A stretch of DNA of 23,513 bases from Myxococcota bacterium (GTDB taxonomy: Bacteria > Myxococcota_A > UBA9042 > PHBI01 > JAWLBL01), in NCBI GenBank assembly GCA_041687695.1, contig JAWLBL010000050.1, forward strand, positions 1-23,513, written 5' to 3'. Within the stretch, counting starts at the first letter, position 1. Every line of letters begins with the position of its first letter. A program made the translations under genes and the position numbers. The notes under the pieces were generated by a model. That model saw only the letters and a list, made by a program, of their open reading frames with translations. It had not been told where the DNA came from and did not search any database. Below are positions 1 through 7,637 of this stretch, piece after piece.

Positions 1-163
1 TCTACTGGGCCACACGAGCACGGCTGACGCCTCGCTTCGCTAGCCGGGCGGCCCCACAAGCCGAGCGCCTCGGTGCAATTCCCTACAGGCTCCTAGGCCA
101 CCCCCGTCCGCCGCGCAACGCCGCCTAAGCGGACCCGTGGCTCCGAGTTGGCCCCATTCTTGC

Positions 164-179
164 TGTGATCCAGGTCAGC
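164..179. promoter_or_regulatory. Putative Crp/FNR-type operator upstream of the Crp/Fnr gene
   Basis: TGTGA-tccagg-TCAGC matches CRP TGTGA-N6-TCACA at 8/10. It also reads GTGAT-N4-GTCAG versus FNR TTGAT-N4-ATCAA. It lies just upstream of the RBS (GGAGG) of the gene at 196. Confidence 0.55.
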
Positions 180-195
180 ACGAGGAGGTGCGACC

Positions 196-918
196 ATGAG
201 AGGAGTCGATGTGTGCCCGCTGCTGCGGCGCGGGCTCGAGCTGCGGGCGGCGTGCGACGGGTGCGAGATGGCGCCCGTCAGCGGGATGCGGCACTTGAAG
301 CGCGGCGACGTCGTGGCCGCCCAGGGCCTGCCCGCGCGCCATGCCTTCGCCGTCGTGTCGGGCTGGCTCAAGGAGAGCGTGGTCGACGAGGAGGGCAAGG
401 CGCAGGTGGTCCGCCTGTACCGCGCCGGGGATCTGGCGAGCGCCGTGTCCATCGTCGAGCCGACCTACCCGGCGACCATCGAGGCGCTGGGCCCGGCGAA
501 GATCTGCGAGGTGCCGGTCGCGACGCTGGCCGAGCGCATGACGTCGGCGCCGCTCGCCGGCCCCTTCGCCCGCGCGCTGCTGTCGGATCTGGGCGCGATG
601 CGCCGCCGCGTCGTGGCCCTGGGCGCGCTGAGCGGCGCCGAGCGCGTCTCGGCCCTGCTCGACGAGATGACGATGGGCAACCCGCCGGGGCGCTGGACGC
701 GGCTGCCGGTGACCCGCACCGAGATGGCCGAGCTGCTGGGCCTCGCGCAGGAGACCGTCTCGCGCATCGTCCAGCGCCTCGCCCGCGCCGGCGAGTTCGA
801 AGTGCGCGGCCGCTGGGTCCGCCGCGCGCCCGAGCCGGCCGACCTCGGCAGCGCCAACCGCCGTGGCAACTCGCACGGTTCGCTGGGTGAGATGGCACGG
901 ACGGGGACCGCCCCGTGA
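196..918 (+). CDS. Crp/Fnr family transcriptional regulator (FNR-like, Cys-containing)
   Basis: cNMP-fold region (LKRGDVV..VVSGWLK..G..QVVRL..GD) and C-terminal HTH LPVTRTEMAELLGLAQETVSR. Cys at 7, 20, 23 and 104. RBS GGAGG upstream. Confidence 0.9.
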   Translation: MRGVDVCPLLRRGLELRAACDGCEMAPVSGMRHLKRGDVVAAQGLPARHAFAVVSGWLKESVVDEEGKAQVVRLYRAGDLASAVSIVEPTYPATIEALGPAKICEVPVATLAERMTSAPLAGPFARALLSDLGAMRRRVVALGALSGAERVSALLDEMTMGNPPGRWTRLPVTRTEMAELLGLAQETVSRIVQRLARAGEFEVRGRWVRRAPEPADLGSANRRGNSHGSLGEMARTGTAP

Positions 919-1856
919 CCACGGCGGCGGTCTTCGATCCGCCGCGCCCCGGTCGGGGACCCTACGCGCTGGCCATGGCCACCGCGGGGGCGACCTGGGT
1001 CCTGCTGCTCATCGGCGGGACCGTCAACCCGACCGGGTCGTCGCTGGCCTGCCCCGACTGGGTGTTCGTCCCGACCTGCCACGGCCAGCTGTGGCCCGAG
1101 ATGACCGGCGGCGTGCTGTACGAGCACGGCCACCGGCTGTGGGCCTCGCTGGTCGGCCTGCTGACGCTCGGGCTCGCCTTCGCGTTGTGGCGCGCCCCAA
1201 CCGCCCCGCCTGGCACGCGCCCGCTGGCCCTGACGGCCATCGCCCTGGTCGCCCTTCAGGGCACGCTGGGCGGCGCGACGGTCCTGGTCGGCCTGGACGC
1301 CTGGCTGTCGACCTTCCACCTGCTGCTGGGCTACGGCTTCTTCGCCCTGACCCTGGCGCTCGTGATGCGGCTGCGTCCGCCGTCCGCCGCGTCCCGACAT
1401 GGAGCCGACACCGGCGCCCGCCGCCTCTTCGGCGTCGCGGCCCTGGCGGTCTACCTCCAGGTGGCCCTGGGCGGCGCCCTGCGCCACCTCGGCGGCGGCC
1501 TCGTGTGCGGCACCGACTGGCTCGGCTGCGCCGGCGGCGGCCTGTGGCCCGACCACTGGCTGACCCAGCTCCACATGACCCACCGCCTGATCGGCTTCGC
1601 GCTGGTGCCGCTGCTGGTCTGGGCGTCCGTGGTCGCCTGGCGCTCGCATCGGCAGGCCGGCGGGTCGCGTCACCTGGCGTTGGCCCTGGCGCCGGCCGCC
1701 CTGGTCGCCGTCCAGGTGGCCCTGGGCCTCATCACGGTCGCCACCGCCCGCGACGTCACCACCGTCGCGCTGCACACGGCCGTCGGCGCGCTGGTCTTCG
1801 CCTCGCTCGTCGTCCTGTGGCTCGCGGCCGGCCGGCCTCGGCGGGCCCGCGCCTGA
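915..1856 (+). CDS. ctaA: Heme A synthase (COX15/CtaA family)
   Basis: GGTV..TGSSLACPDW..C, EHGHRL, second Cys pair CGTDWLGC, HMTHRL and ALHTA motifs, with about 8 hydrophobic segments. The GTG start overlaps the upstream stop (GTGA). Confidence 0.92.
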   Translation: MTTAAVFDPPRPGRGPYALAMATAGATWVLLLIGGTVNPTGSSLACPDWVFVPTCHGQLWPEMTGGVLYEHGHRLWASLVGLLTLGLAFALWRAPTAPPGTRPLALTAIALVALQGTLGGATVLVGLDAWLSTFHLLLGYGFFALTLALVMRLRPPSAASRHGADTGARRLFGVAALAVYLQVALGGALRHLGGGLVCGTDWLGCAGGGLWPDHWLTQLHMTHRLIGFALVPLLVWASVVAWRSHRQAGGSRHLALALAPAALVAVQVALGLITVATARDVTTVALHTAVGALVFASLVVLWLAAGRPRRARA

Positions 1857-1872
1857 CCCCCGGGCCCGCCGT

Positions 1873-2817
1873 TCACCGCGGCGGGTCCGTCCGGGGCACG
1901 AGCTCCGCCCACCCATACCCGTCCGGGTACTCGCGCCACGGCCCCTCGCACCGCGCCGCCCACGTACAGCGGGCGCAGTCGGGGCCCTTGGCCTTGCCTT
2001 CCGTCCAGCGCCAGTCGGTGTAGTCCTCGATGGTCATCGGGGCGTCGACCACGCAGGTGTCGGGGATGAGGTCCTCGACCACGTGCTCCTCGTACCCCTG
2101 CATCAGGCAGTAGGGGATGGCCTCGGTGTGGGCCAGCACCCCGCGCCGCCGCGCCACGTCCAGCGCCGCCTTCACGAACGGCATCGCCTCGGAAAAGCGC
2201 GGCACCACGTGCGAGAACAGCGACTTGGCGGTCCCCTCGGGGTGCACGTAGGCCAGCTGCAGCTGGTGGACCCCGAGATCGCACAGCAGGGCCACCAGCC
2301 GCGGCAGGTCGCGCAGGTTGTCCTGCACCACGACCGAGTTGCTGATGACGGTCAACCCCTCGAGCGCCGAGTTCCGCAGCCCCTTGCTGGTCTGCAGGAA
2401 CGACCCGCGCGCCCGCGTCAGCGCGTCGTGGATGGCCGGCCCCGACCCGTGCAGCGCCGCCGCGATCTCGGTGGCCCCCGCCTCGCGCAGCGCCCGCACG
2501 TAGGGCCGGTACGACAGCCGCCGCCCGTTGGTCTGGATCTGGATCGACCGATACCCCAGCCCGCGCGCGTACCGCACCAGCTCGACCAGATCCGAGCGCA
2601 GCGTCACCTCGCCCCCGGTGAACACGACCCCGCTCACCGTCCCGGCCCGCGCCTCGAGCAGCGCCCGCAGCTCGTCGGTCGTCCGGTCGGGGATGTGCTC
2701 GCGCTTGTCGCCCTGCACGCAGAAGGTGCAGCGGTTGTTGCACGAGAACCCCGACTTCAGGTCCAGCCGTCCGCCCGCCGCTCCGCCCGCCTCGACCGCC
2801 TCGACTTCCGCCGCCAT
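1873..2817 (-). CDS. Radical SAM protein (HxsC-like core, C-terminal CxxCx5C motif)
   Basis: CNNRCTFC (CxxxCxxC), FTGGE, IQTNGR, HDALT..GSF, and C-terminal CARCTWAARC. ATG at 2817 chosen because GGAGG lies 8 nt upstream; the ORF track extends to GTG 2895. Confidence 0.88.
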   Translation of the reverse strand: MAAEVEAVEAGGAAGGRLDLKSGFSCNNRCTFCVQGDKREHIPDRTTDELRALLEARAGTVSGVVFTGGEVTLRSDLVELVRYARGLGYRSIQIQTNGRRLSYRPYVRALREAGATEIAAALHGSGPAIHDALTRARGSFLQTSKGLRNSALEGLTVISNSVVVQDNLRDLPRLVALLCDLGVHQLQLAYVHPEGTAKSLFSHVVPRFSEAMPFVKAALDVARRRGVLAHTEAIPYCLMQGYEEHVVEDLIPDTCVVDAPMTIEDYTDWRWTEGKAKGPDCARCTWAARCEGPWREYPDGYGWAELVPRTDPPR

Positions 2818-2972
2818 CGCGCCCGCCTCCGTCCACGACCCCCGAACCTGGCAAGCCTGACAGGCGCCCTGCCGCCGAACCATGACCTGCGTCACGGCTC
2901 ACCGCGCCCTTCCATCGCGCTCCCGAGGCGCTTGGGATCGGCGCCCCTTCTGCCGAACCGCCCCTCACCCCA

Positions 2973-3002
2973 TTGCCCACCGCCCGCCACCGGGGCTAGG
3001 CT
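2973..3002 (+). promoter_or_regulatory. Putative sigma70-type promoter giving a leaderless transcript
   Basis: TTGCCC-N18-TAGGCT, then 7 nt to ATG 3010. No Shine-Dalgarno sequence. Confidence 0.45.
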
Positions 3003-3009
3003 CGCCCCC

Positions 3010-3798
3010 ATGCTAGGCGCCATCGCTGGGGACATCCTGGGTTCGCGATTCGAACGGTACGGCGTGAAGTCCAAAGACTTCCCGCTGTTCCCCGAAGGCT
3101 CGCGCTTCACCGACGACACCGTGCTGACCATCGCGTGCGCCGACTGGCTGATGCGCGCCCGCGACGACTCGTTCGCGCCCATCCTGCGCGACTGGGCCCA
3201 GCGCTACCCCGACGCAGGCTACGGCGGGACCTTCTACCACTGGATGAAGCACCCCTCGGCGGGCCCCTACGGCAGCTGGGGCAACGGCTCGGCCATGCGC
3301 GTCGCCCCGGTCGGCTGGGTGGCCCAGACGGTCGACGAGGTCCTGGAGCTGGCCCGCCGCAGCGCCGAGGTCACCCACGACCACCCCGAGGGCATCAAAG
3401 GCGCCCAGGCGGTCGCGCTGGCCGTCTTCCTCGCCCGCACCGGCGCCGACAAGCCCGCCATCCGCCAGGCCATCGAAGCCGCCTTCGGTTACGACCTGTC
3501 GCGCTCCCTCGACGCCATCCGCCCGGGCTACGAGTTCGACGTGTCCTGCCAGGGCTCGGTCCCCGAGGCCCTCATCGCCTTCTTCGACGCCACCGACTTC
3601 GAGGACGCGGTCCGGGGCGCCATCTCGCTGGGCGGCGACGCCGACACCCAGGCCGCCATGGCCGGCGCCGTCGCCGAGGCCTTCTACGGCGGCGTCCCCC
3701 AACCCATCCGAGACCGCACCCTGGCGCTGCTCGACGGCCCCACCCGCGAGGTGGTCGACCGCTTCGCGCGCCACCTGTCCACCGGCCGCGCCGCCTGA
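3010..3798 (+). CDS. ADP-ribosylglycohydrolase family protein
   Basis: MLGAIAGDILGS, FTDDT, GSWGNGSAMR, VTHDHPEG and GGDADT motifs. The real start is ATG 3010 inside ORF 2083..3798. Confidence 0.93.
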   Translation: MLGAIAGDILGSRFERYGVKSKDFPLFPEGSRFTDDTVLTIACADWLMRARDDSFAPILRDWAQRYPDAGYGGTFYHWMKHPSAGPYGSWGNGSAMRVAPVGWVAQTVDEVLELARRSAEVTHDHPEGIKGAQAVALAVFLARTGADKPAIRQAIEAAFGYDLSRSLDAIRPGYEFDVSCQGSVPEALIAFFDATDFEDAVRGAISLGGDADTQAAMAGAVAEAFYGGVPQPIRDRTLALLDGPTREVVDRFARHLSTGRAA

Positions 3799-3841
3799 CT
3801 CATCGCCCTCACACCCGTTTCTGGCAATCGTCAGGCGCCCC

Positions 3842-3886
3842 GAAAAAAAACGTCGCCCGTGTCGATCCGTCGCCCGCTCGTTCGTC
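3842..3886 (+). promoter_or_regulatory. ECF42-type promoter with upstream A-tract
   Basis: TGTCGA (3860-3865)-N17-CGTC (3883-3886), preceded by GAAAAAAAA, directly upstream of the DGPF/sigma operon. It matches the ECF42 consensus as I recall it (-35 TGTCGA, -10 CG[A/T]C). Confidence 0.7.
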
Positions 3887-3943
3887 GCCCTGGTGAAACC
3901 ACCGAACGGCGTCCCGCGCCCCGGCACCTCGAGGAGAGCAACG

Positions 3944-4378
3944 ATGCGAGTCATGGTGATCGTCAAGGCCACGAAGAACAGCGAGAACGGCGTGATGCCC
4001 AGCGAGGAGATGCTCGTCGAGATGGGCCGCTACAACGAGGAGCTGGTCAACGCGGGCATCATGCTGGCCGGCGACGGCCTGCACCCCAGCGCGCGCGGCA
4101 AGCGCGTCCGCTTCTCGGGCGACCAGCGCACCGTCATCGACGGGCCGTTCGCCGAGACCAAGGAGCTCATCGCGGGCTTCTGGATCTGGCAGGTCCGCTC
4201 GATGGAGGAGGCGGTCGAGTGGGCGCGTCGCTGCCCGTCCCCCATGCCGGGCGAGGAGTCGGAGCTCGAGCTGCGCCCCATCTTCGACCCCGAGGACTTC
4301 GGCGAGGCCTACACCCCCGAAGTGCGCGAGCAGGAGGACCGCATCCGCGCCCAGCTCGAGTCCCAGCAGAAGTCCTAG
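3944..4378 (+). CDS. YciI/DGPF-domain protein
   Basis: MRVMVIVKA.., GDGLHPS, IDGPFAETKELIAGFW and ELRP motifs. RBS GAGGAG upstream of ATG 3944. Confidence 0.93.
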   Translation: MRVMVIVKATKNSENGVMPSEEMLVEMGRYNEELVNAGIMLAGDGLHPSARGKRVRFSGDQRTVIDGPFAETKELIAGFWIWQVRSMEEAVEWARRCPSPMPGEESELELRPIFDPEDFGEAYTPEVREQEDRIRAQLESQQKS

Positions 4379-4384
4379 CCGCGC

Positions 4385-5656
4385 GTGGCCTCGAACGCCC
4401 CGACGCGCGAGGCCATCGAGGCCGTGTGGCGCATCGAGGCCGCCCGACTCATCGGCGGCCTCGCGCGCCTGACCGGCGACCTCGCCCGCGCCGAGGACCT
4501 GGCCCACGAGGCCATCCTGACCGCCCTCGAGCGCTGGCCCGAGACGGGCCTCCCCGACAACCCCGGCGCCTGGCTGATGACCACGGCCAAGCACCGCGCG
4601 CTCGACGAGGCCCGCCGCCGCCAGATGATGGCCCGCAAGCACGCCGACCTCGAGCGCGACGCCCCCACCTCGACCACCTTCGACCCCGAGGCCATCGGCC
4701 AGCCCGGCGACGACGTCCTGCGCCTGGTCTTCGCCGCCTGCCACCCGGTCCTGTCGCGCGAGGCCCGCGTCGCCCTGACCCTGCGCCTCGTCGCCGGCCT
4801 CACCACCGCCGAGATCGCCCGCGCCTTCCTGACGACCGAGCCCACCCTGGCCCAGCGCCTCGTCCGCGCCAAGCGCACCCTCGCCGAGGCCCGGGTCCCC
4901 TTCGAGGTCCCCACCGGCCAGGCCCTCCGCGACCGCCTCCCCCCCGTCCTCGAGGTCGTCTACCTCATCTTCAACGAGGGCTACTCCGCCACCGCCGGCG
5001 ACGACTACCTGCGCCCCGAGCTGTGCCACGAGGCCATGCGCCTCGCCCGCATCCTCGCCGCCCTCGTCCCCGACGAGGCCGAGGTCCACGGCCTCCTCGC
5101 CCTCCTCGAGCTCCAGGCCTCGCGCCTCCGCGCCCGCCTCTCACCCACCGGCGCGCCCGTCCTCCTCCTCGACCAGGACCGCGCCCGCTGGGACCGCCTC
5201 CTCATCACCCGCGGCCTGACCTCCCTCGCCCGCGCCCAGTCCCTCGCTCAGCCCGATCGCACTGAGGGCGGCCCCTACACCCTCCAGGCCGCCATCGCCG
5301 CCTGCCACGCCCGCGCCCCCAAACCCGACGCCACCGACTGGCCCCGCATCGTGGCCCTCTACGACGCCCTGGCGGCCCTGACCGGCTCCCCCGTCGTCGA
5401 GCTGAACCGCGCCGTCGCCATCTCCAGGGCCTACGGCCCCGCGGAAGCCCTCGCCCTGGTCGACGATCTCGCCGACGACCCGGCCCTGAAGCGCTACCAC
5501 CTCCTCCCCGCCGTCCGCGCCGACCTCCTGCTCAAACTCAACCGCCCCCGCGAGGCCAACGCCGCCTTCCTCGCGGCCGCCGACCTCGCCACCAACCCCC
5601 ACGACCGCGCCCTCCTCTTCGCCCGCGCCGCCTCCTGCCGCCCGACCTCCGACTGA
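4385..5656 (+). CDS. ECF RNA polymerase sigma factor, ECF42-type with C-terminal extension (DUF6596/TPR-like)
   Basis: AEDLAHEA..WP..G.PDNPGAWL, DDVLRLVFAACHP, GLTTAEIARAFL, YLIFNEGY, DQDRARWD, GPYTLQAAIAACHA and SPVVELNRAVA. Follows a DGPF gene, the typical context. Confidence 0.93.
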   Translation: MASNAPTREAIEAVWRIEAARLIGGLARLTGDLARAEDLAHEAILTALERWPETGLPDNPGAWLMTTAKHRALDEARRRQMMARKHADLERDAPTSTTFDPEAIGQPGDDVLRLVFAACHPVLSREARVALTLRLVAGLTTAEIARAFLTTEPTLAQRLVRAKRTLAEARVPFEVPTGQALRDRLPPVLEVVYLIFNEGYSATAGDDYLRPELCHEAMRLARILAALVPDEAEVHGLLALLELQASRLRARLSPTGAPVLLLDQDRARWDRLLITRGLTSLARAQSLAQPDRTEGGPYTLQAAIAACHARAPKPDATDWPRIVALYDALAALTGSPVVELNRAVAISRAYGPAEALALVDDLADDPALKRYHLLPAVRADLLLKLNRPREANAAFLAAADLATNPHDRALLFARAASCRPTSD

Positions 5657-5700
5657 CCCGTCTCCATCGACTCGCCGGCCATGACCATCCGGCCCCGGCC

Positions 5701-5790
5701 CCCTGGGATCGCCGGCTTCCAGCCGGCCCGAACCGGAACGATGCCTGCACCGGCCACCCTGGGATCGCCGGCTTCCAGCCGGCCCGAACC
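5701..5790. repeat. Two identical 34-bp REP-like units (GCCGGC-TTCCA-GCCGGC hairpin)
   Basis: ccctgggatcgccggcttccagccggcccgaacc at 5701-5734 and 5757-5790. The same hairpin core recurs at 9296-9312, 9351-9361/9535-9545 (split) and 9645-9661. Confidence 0.85.
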
Positions 5791-5940
5791 CTGATGAAGC
5801 GAGGTCCAGAGGGTGTCGTTTCGTTCCGCCGCCGCAGGCGGCTGTGGACCGCGCCACGGGGGCTGCGCCCCCGAGCCCCGCGATGAGGCGTCGGCTGCGC
5901 CGACGCGACGGGTTCCGGCGCTATGCCCCGCCTCCCGCCG

Positions 5941-6390
5941 TCACCCCCCCGCCGCCTTCGCAAACGGCTCCTCGTACGGCCGGGTCCCCAGGAGGGCCCA
6001 GGTGTCCGCCAGCCCATCATGATAGTTCACCCGCACCCCGGTCAGGTCCACGCCGTCCAGCGCGCGCACGTTGATGGACACGTAGGGCCCGCCCAGCTCG
6101 GGGATGTCGCCGTACCCGAACGGCACGATGAAGCAAGTGTCACACACCCGCCGCGTGCCGTACGGCGCGCGCCGCGTGTCCTCGACGCCCGCCTCGCTCA
6201 GCACGCGAAAGGCGTCGGGCTTGACGAGCACCCCCCACCAGGCGGTCTTCGTGCAGTAGGTGCAGTTGCAGCGCGCCGTGCCGCTCGCCTCCAGGTCGAG
6301 GTCGGCCTCGAAGCGGATGGCGCCGCAGCGGCACGAGCCCGAGTAGGTGTGCAGGCCGCGGACGAAGGGAACCTTGTCGAGACGGGTCAT
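5941..6390 (-). CDS. GFA (CENP-V/GFA) family Zn-binding protein
   Basis: YSGSCRCGAIRF, CNCTYC, CDTC and SINVRALDGVD motifs. ATG 6390 has a GGAG RBS. Confidence 0.9.
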   Translation of the reverse strand: MTRLDKVPFVRGLHTYSGSCRCGAIRFEADLDLEASGTARCNCTYCTKTAWWGVLVKPDAFRVLSEAGVEDTRRAPYGTRRVCDTCFIVPFGYGDIPELGGPYVSINVRALDGVDLTGVRVNYHDGLADTWALLGTRPYEEPFAKAAGG

Positions 6391-6438
6391 GGGAAGCTCC
6401 TGTGAGTCGAAGGTGAGCCGCGGTATACCCCCCATTGC

Positions 6439-6453
6439 GGACAGCTTCTGTCC
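6439..6453. promoter_or_regulatory. Palindromic operator between the GFA gene and the WYL regulator
   Basis: Perfect inverted repeat GGACAG-ctt-CTGTCC in the 97-bp divergent intergenic region. Confidence 0.6.
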
Positions 6454-6487
6454 TCGATGAACCGCCCCGCGCCCCCACCGGTCCCCG

Positions 6488-7465
6488 ATGAGCCTCGACA
6501 CCTCGACCCGCCTCCTCCGCCTGGTCACCCTGCTGCACGAGCGCCGCTTCTGGTCCGGCGCGGATCTGGCCGCCGCGCTCGAGGTCACCCCCCGCAGCGT
6601 CCGCCGCGACATCGACCGCGTCCGCGCCCTGGGCTACCCCGTCCACGCCACCTCCGGCGTCGGCGGCGGCTACTCCCTCGGCGCCGGCCACGACCTGCCG
6701 CCCCTGCCGCTCGACGACGACGAGGCGCTCGCCGTCGCCGTCGGCCTGCGCGCCGCCGTCTCCGGCCCGGTCGAGGGCCTCGCCTCGGCCGCCGCCCGCG
6801 CCCTCACCAAGCTCGAAGCCGTCCTCCCCACCCGCCTCCGCCGCCGCGTCACCGCCCTCGAGGCCGTCAGCCACCACGCCCCCGGCGCCCGCCGCCCCAT
6901 CGACGCCTCCACCCTCCTCGCCCTCGCCGCCGCCAGCCGCGACGCCACCCTGGTCACGCTCGACTACCAGCGCCACGACGGCCACCGCTCGCGCCGCCTC
7001 CTCGAGCCCTACCGCCTGGTCCACACCCAGACCCTCTGGTACCTCCTCGCCTGGGACCGCGACCGCGCCGCCTGGCGCACCTTCCGCCTCGACCGCGTCG
7101 CCCCCGGCTCCCTCACCCCCGGCGCCCGCTTCACCCCGCGCCCGCTCCCCGACCCCGACCCGGCCGCCTACGTCGCCCGCTCCGTCGCCTCCGCCCCCCG
7201 CCGCCTCCAGGCCCGCCTGCTCGTCCACGCCCCGGCCGCCCAGGTCACCGCGCGCTACGCCGCCCCCGGCTTCGTGGTCGACCCCATCGACGACCACCGC
7301 TGCCACGTCTCCGTCGGCGGCGACGACCCCGAGCACCTCGCCCTGTCCCTGGCCTTCCTCGGCCTCGACCTCGAGGTCCTCGATCCCCCCGAGCTCGCCC
7401 AGGCCTTCGCCCGCCTCGCCCTCCGCTTCCACCGCGCCTCCGCCGCCCCCGGACCCACCTCCTGA
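6488..7465 (+). CDS. HTH-WYL-WCX transcriptional regulator (YafY/PafC-like)
   Basis: N-terminal wHTH (LAAALEVTPRSVRRDIDRVRALGYPV..G.GGGY), EPYRLV..WYLLAWD..WRTFRLDR, and C-terminal EVLDPPEL. Confidence 0.93.
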   Translation: MSLDTSTRLLRLVTLLHERRFWSGADLAAALEVTPRSVRRDIDRVRALGYPVHATSGVGGGYSLGAGHDLPPLPLDDDEALAVAVGLRAAVSGPVEGLASAAARALTKLEAVLPTRLRRRVTALEAVSHHAPGARRPIDASTLLALAAASRDATLVTLDYQRHDGHRSRRLLEPYRLVHTQTLWYLLAWDRDRAAWRTFRLDRVAPGSLTPGARFTPRPLPDPDPAAYVARSVASAPRRLQARLLVHAPAAQVTARYAAPGFVVDPIDDHRCHVSVGGDDPEHLALSLAFLGLDLEVLDPPELAQAFARLALRFHRASAAPGPTS

Positions 7466-7583
7466 CCGCCTCCCCCGGACACGCTCGCGCTCGCGCGGCC
7501 TCATCGCGCTCGCTCCACGACGCCACGTGAGCCCGGTCCGTTCACGACGGCCACCCCGACCCCTCGGCTGACGAGGCCACAGA

Positions 7584-7610
7584 CACGGGTGATCCCGGAT
7601 CACTGCCGTG
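7584..7610. promoter_or_regulatory. Palindrome upstream of the OB-fold lipoprotein gene
   Basis: GTGATCC-c-GGATCAC (7589-7603) with flanking CACGG/CCGTG arms, next to a TGgTATGCA extended -10-like element. Confidence 0.4.
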
Positions 7611-7637
7611 GTATGCAGGCCCTGCAAGGAGGGCTCG

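Noticed and set aside
1..128. 3' end of an upstream plus-strand gene (frame open to TAA 126-128)
   Set aside because: No recognisable motif and atypical codon usage, so it cannot be supported.
2083..3009. N-terminal extension or fusion on the ADP-ribosylglycohydrolase
   Set aside because: It is antisense to the radical SAM gene; the family motif begins at Met 3010.
5701..5790. CRISPR array
   Set aside because: Only two units with a 22-nt gap, the same hairpin is dispersed elsewhere, and there are no cas genes. It fits a REP.
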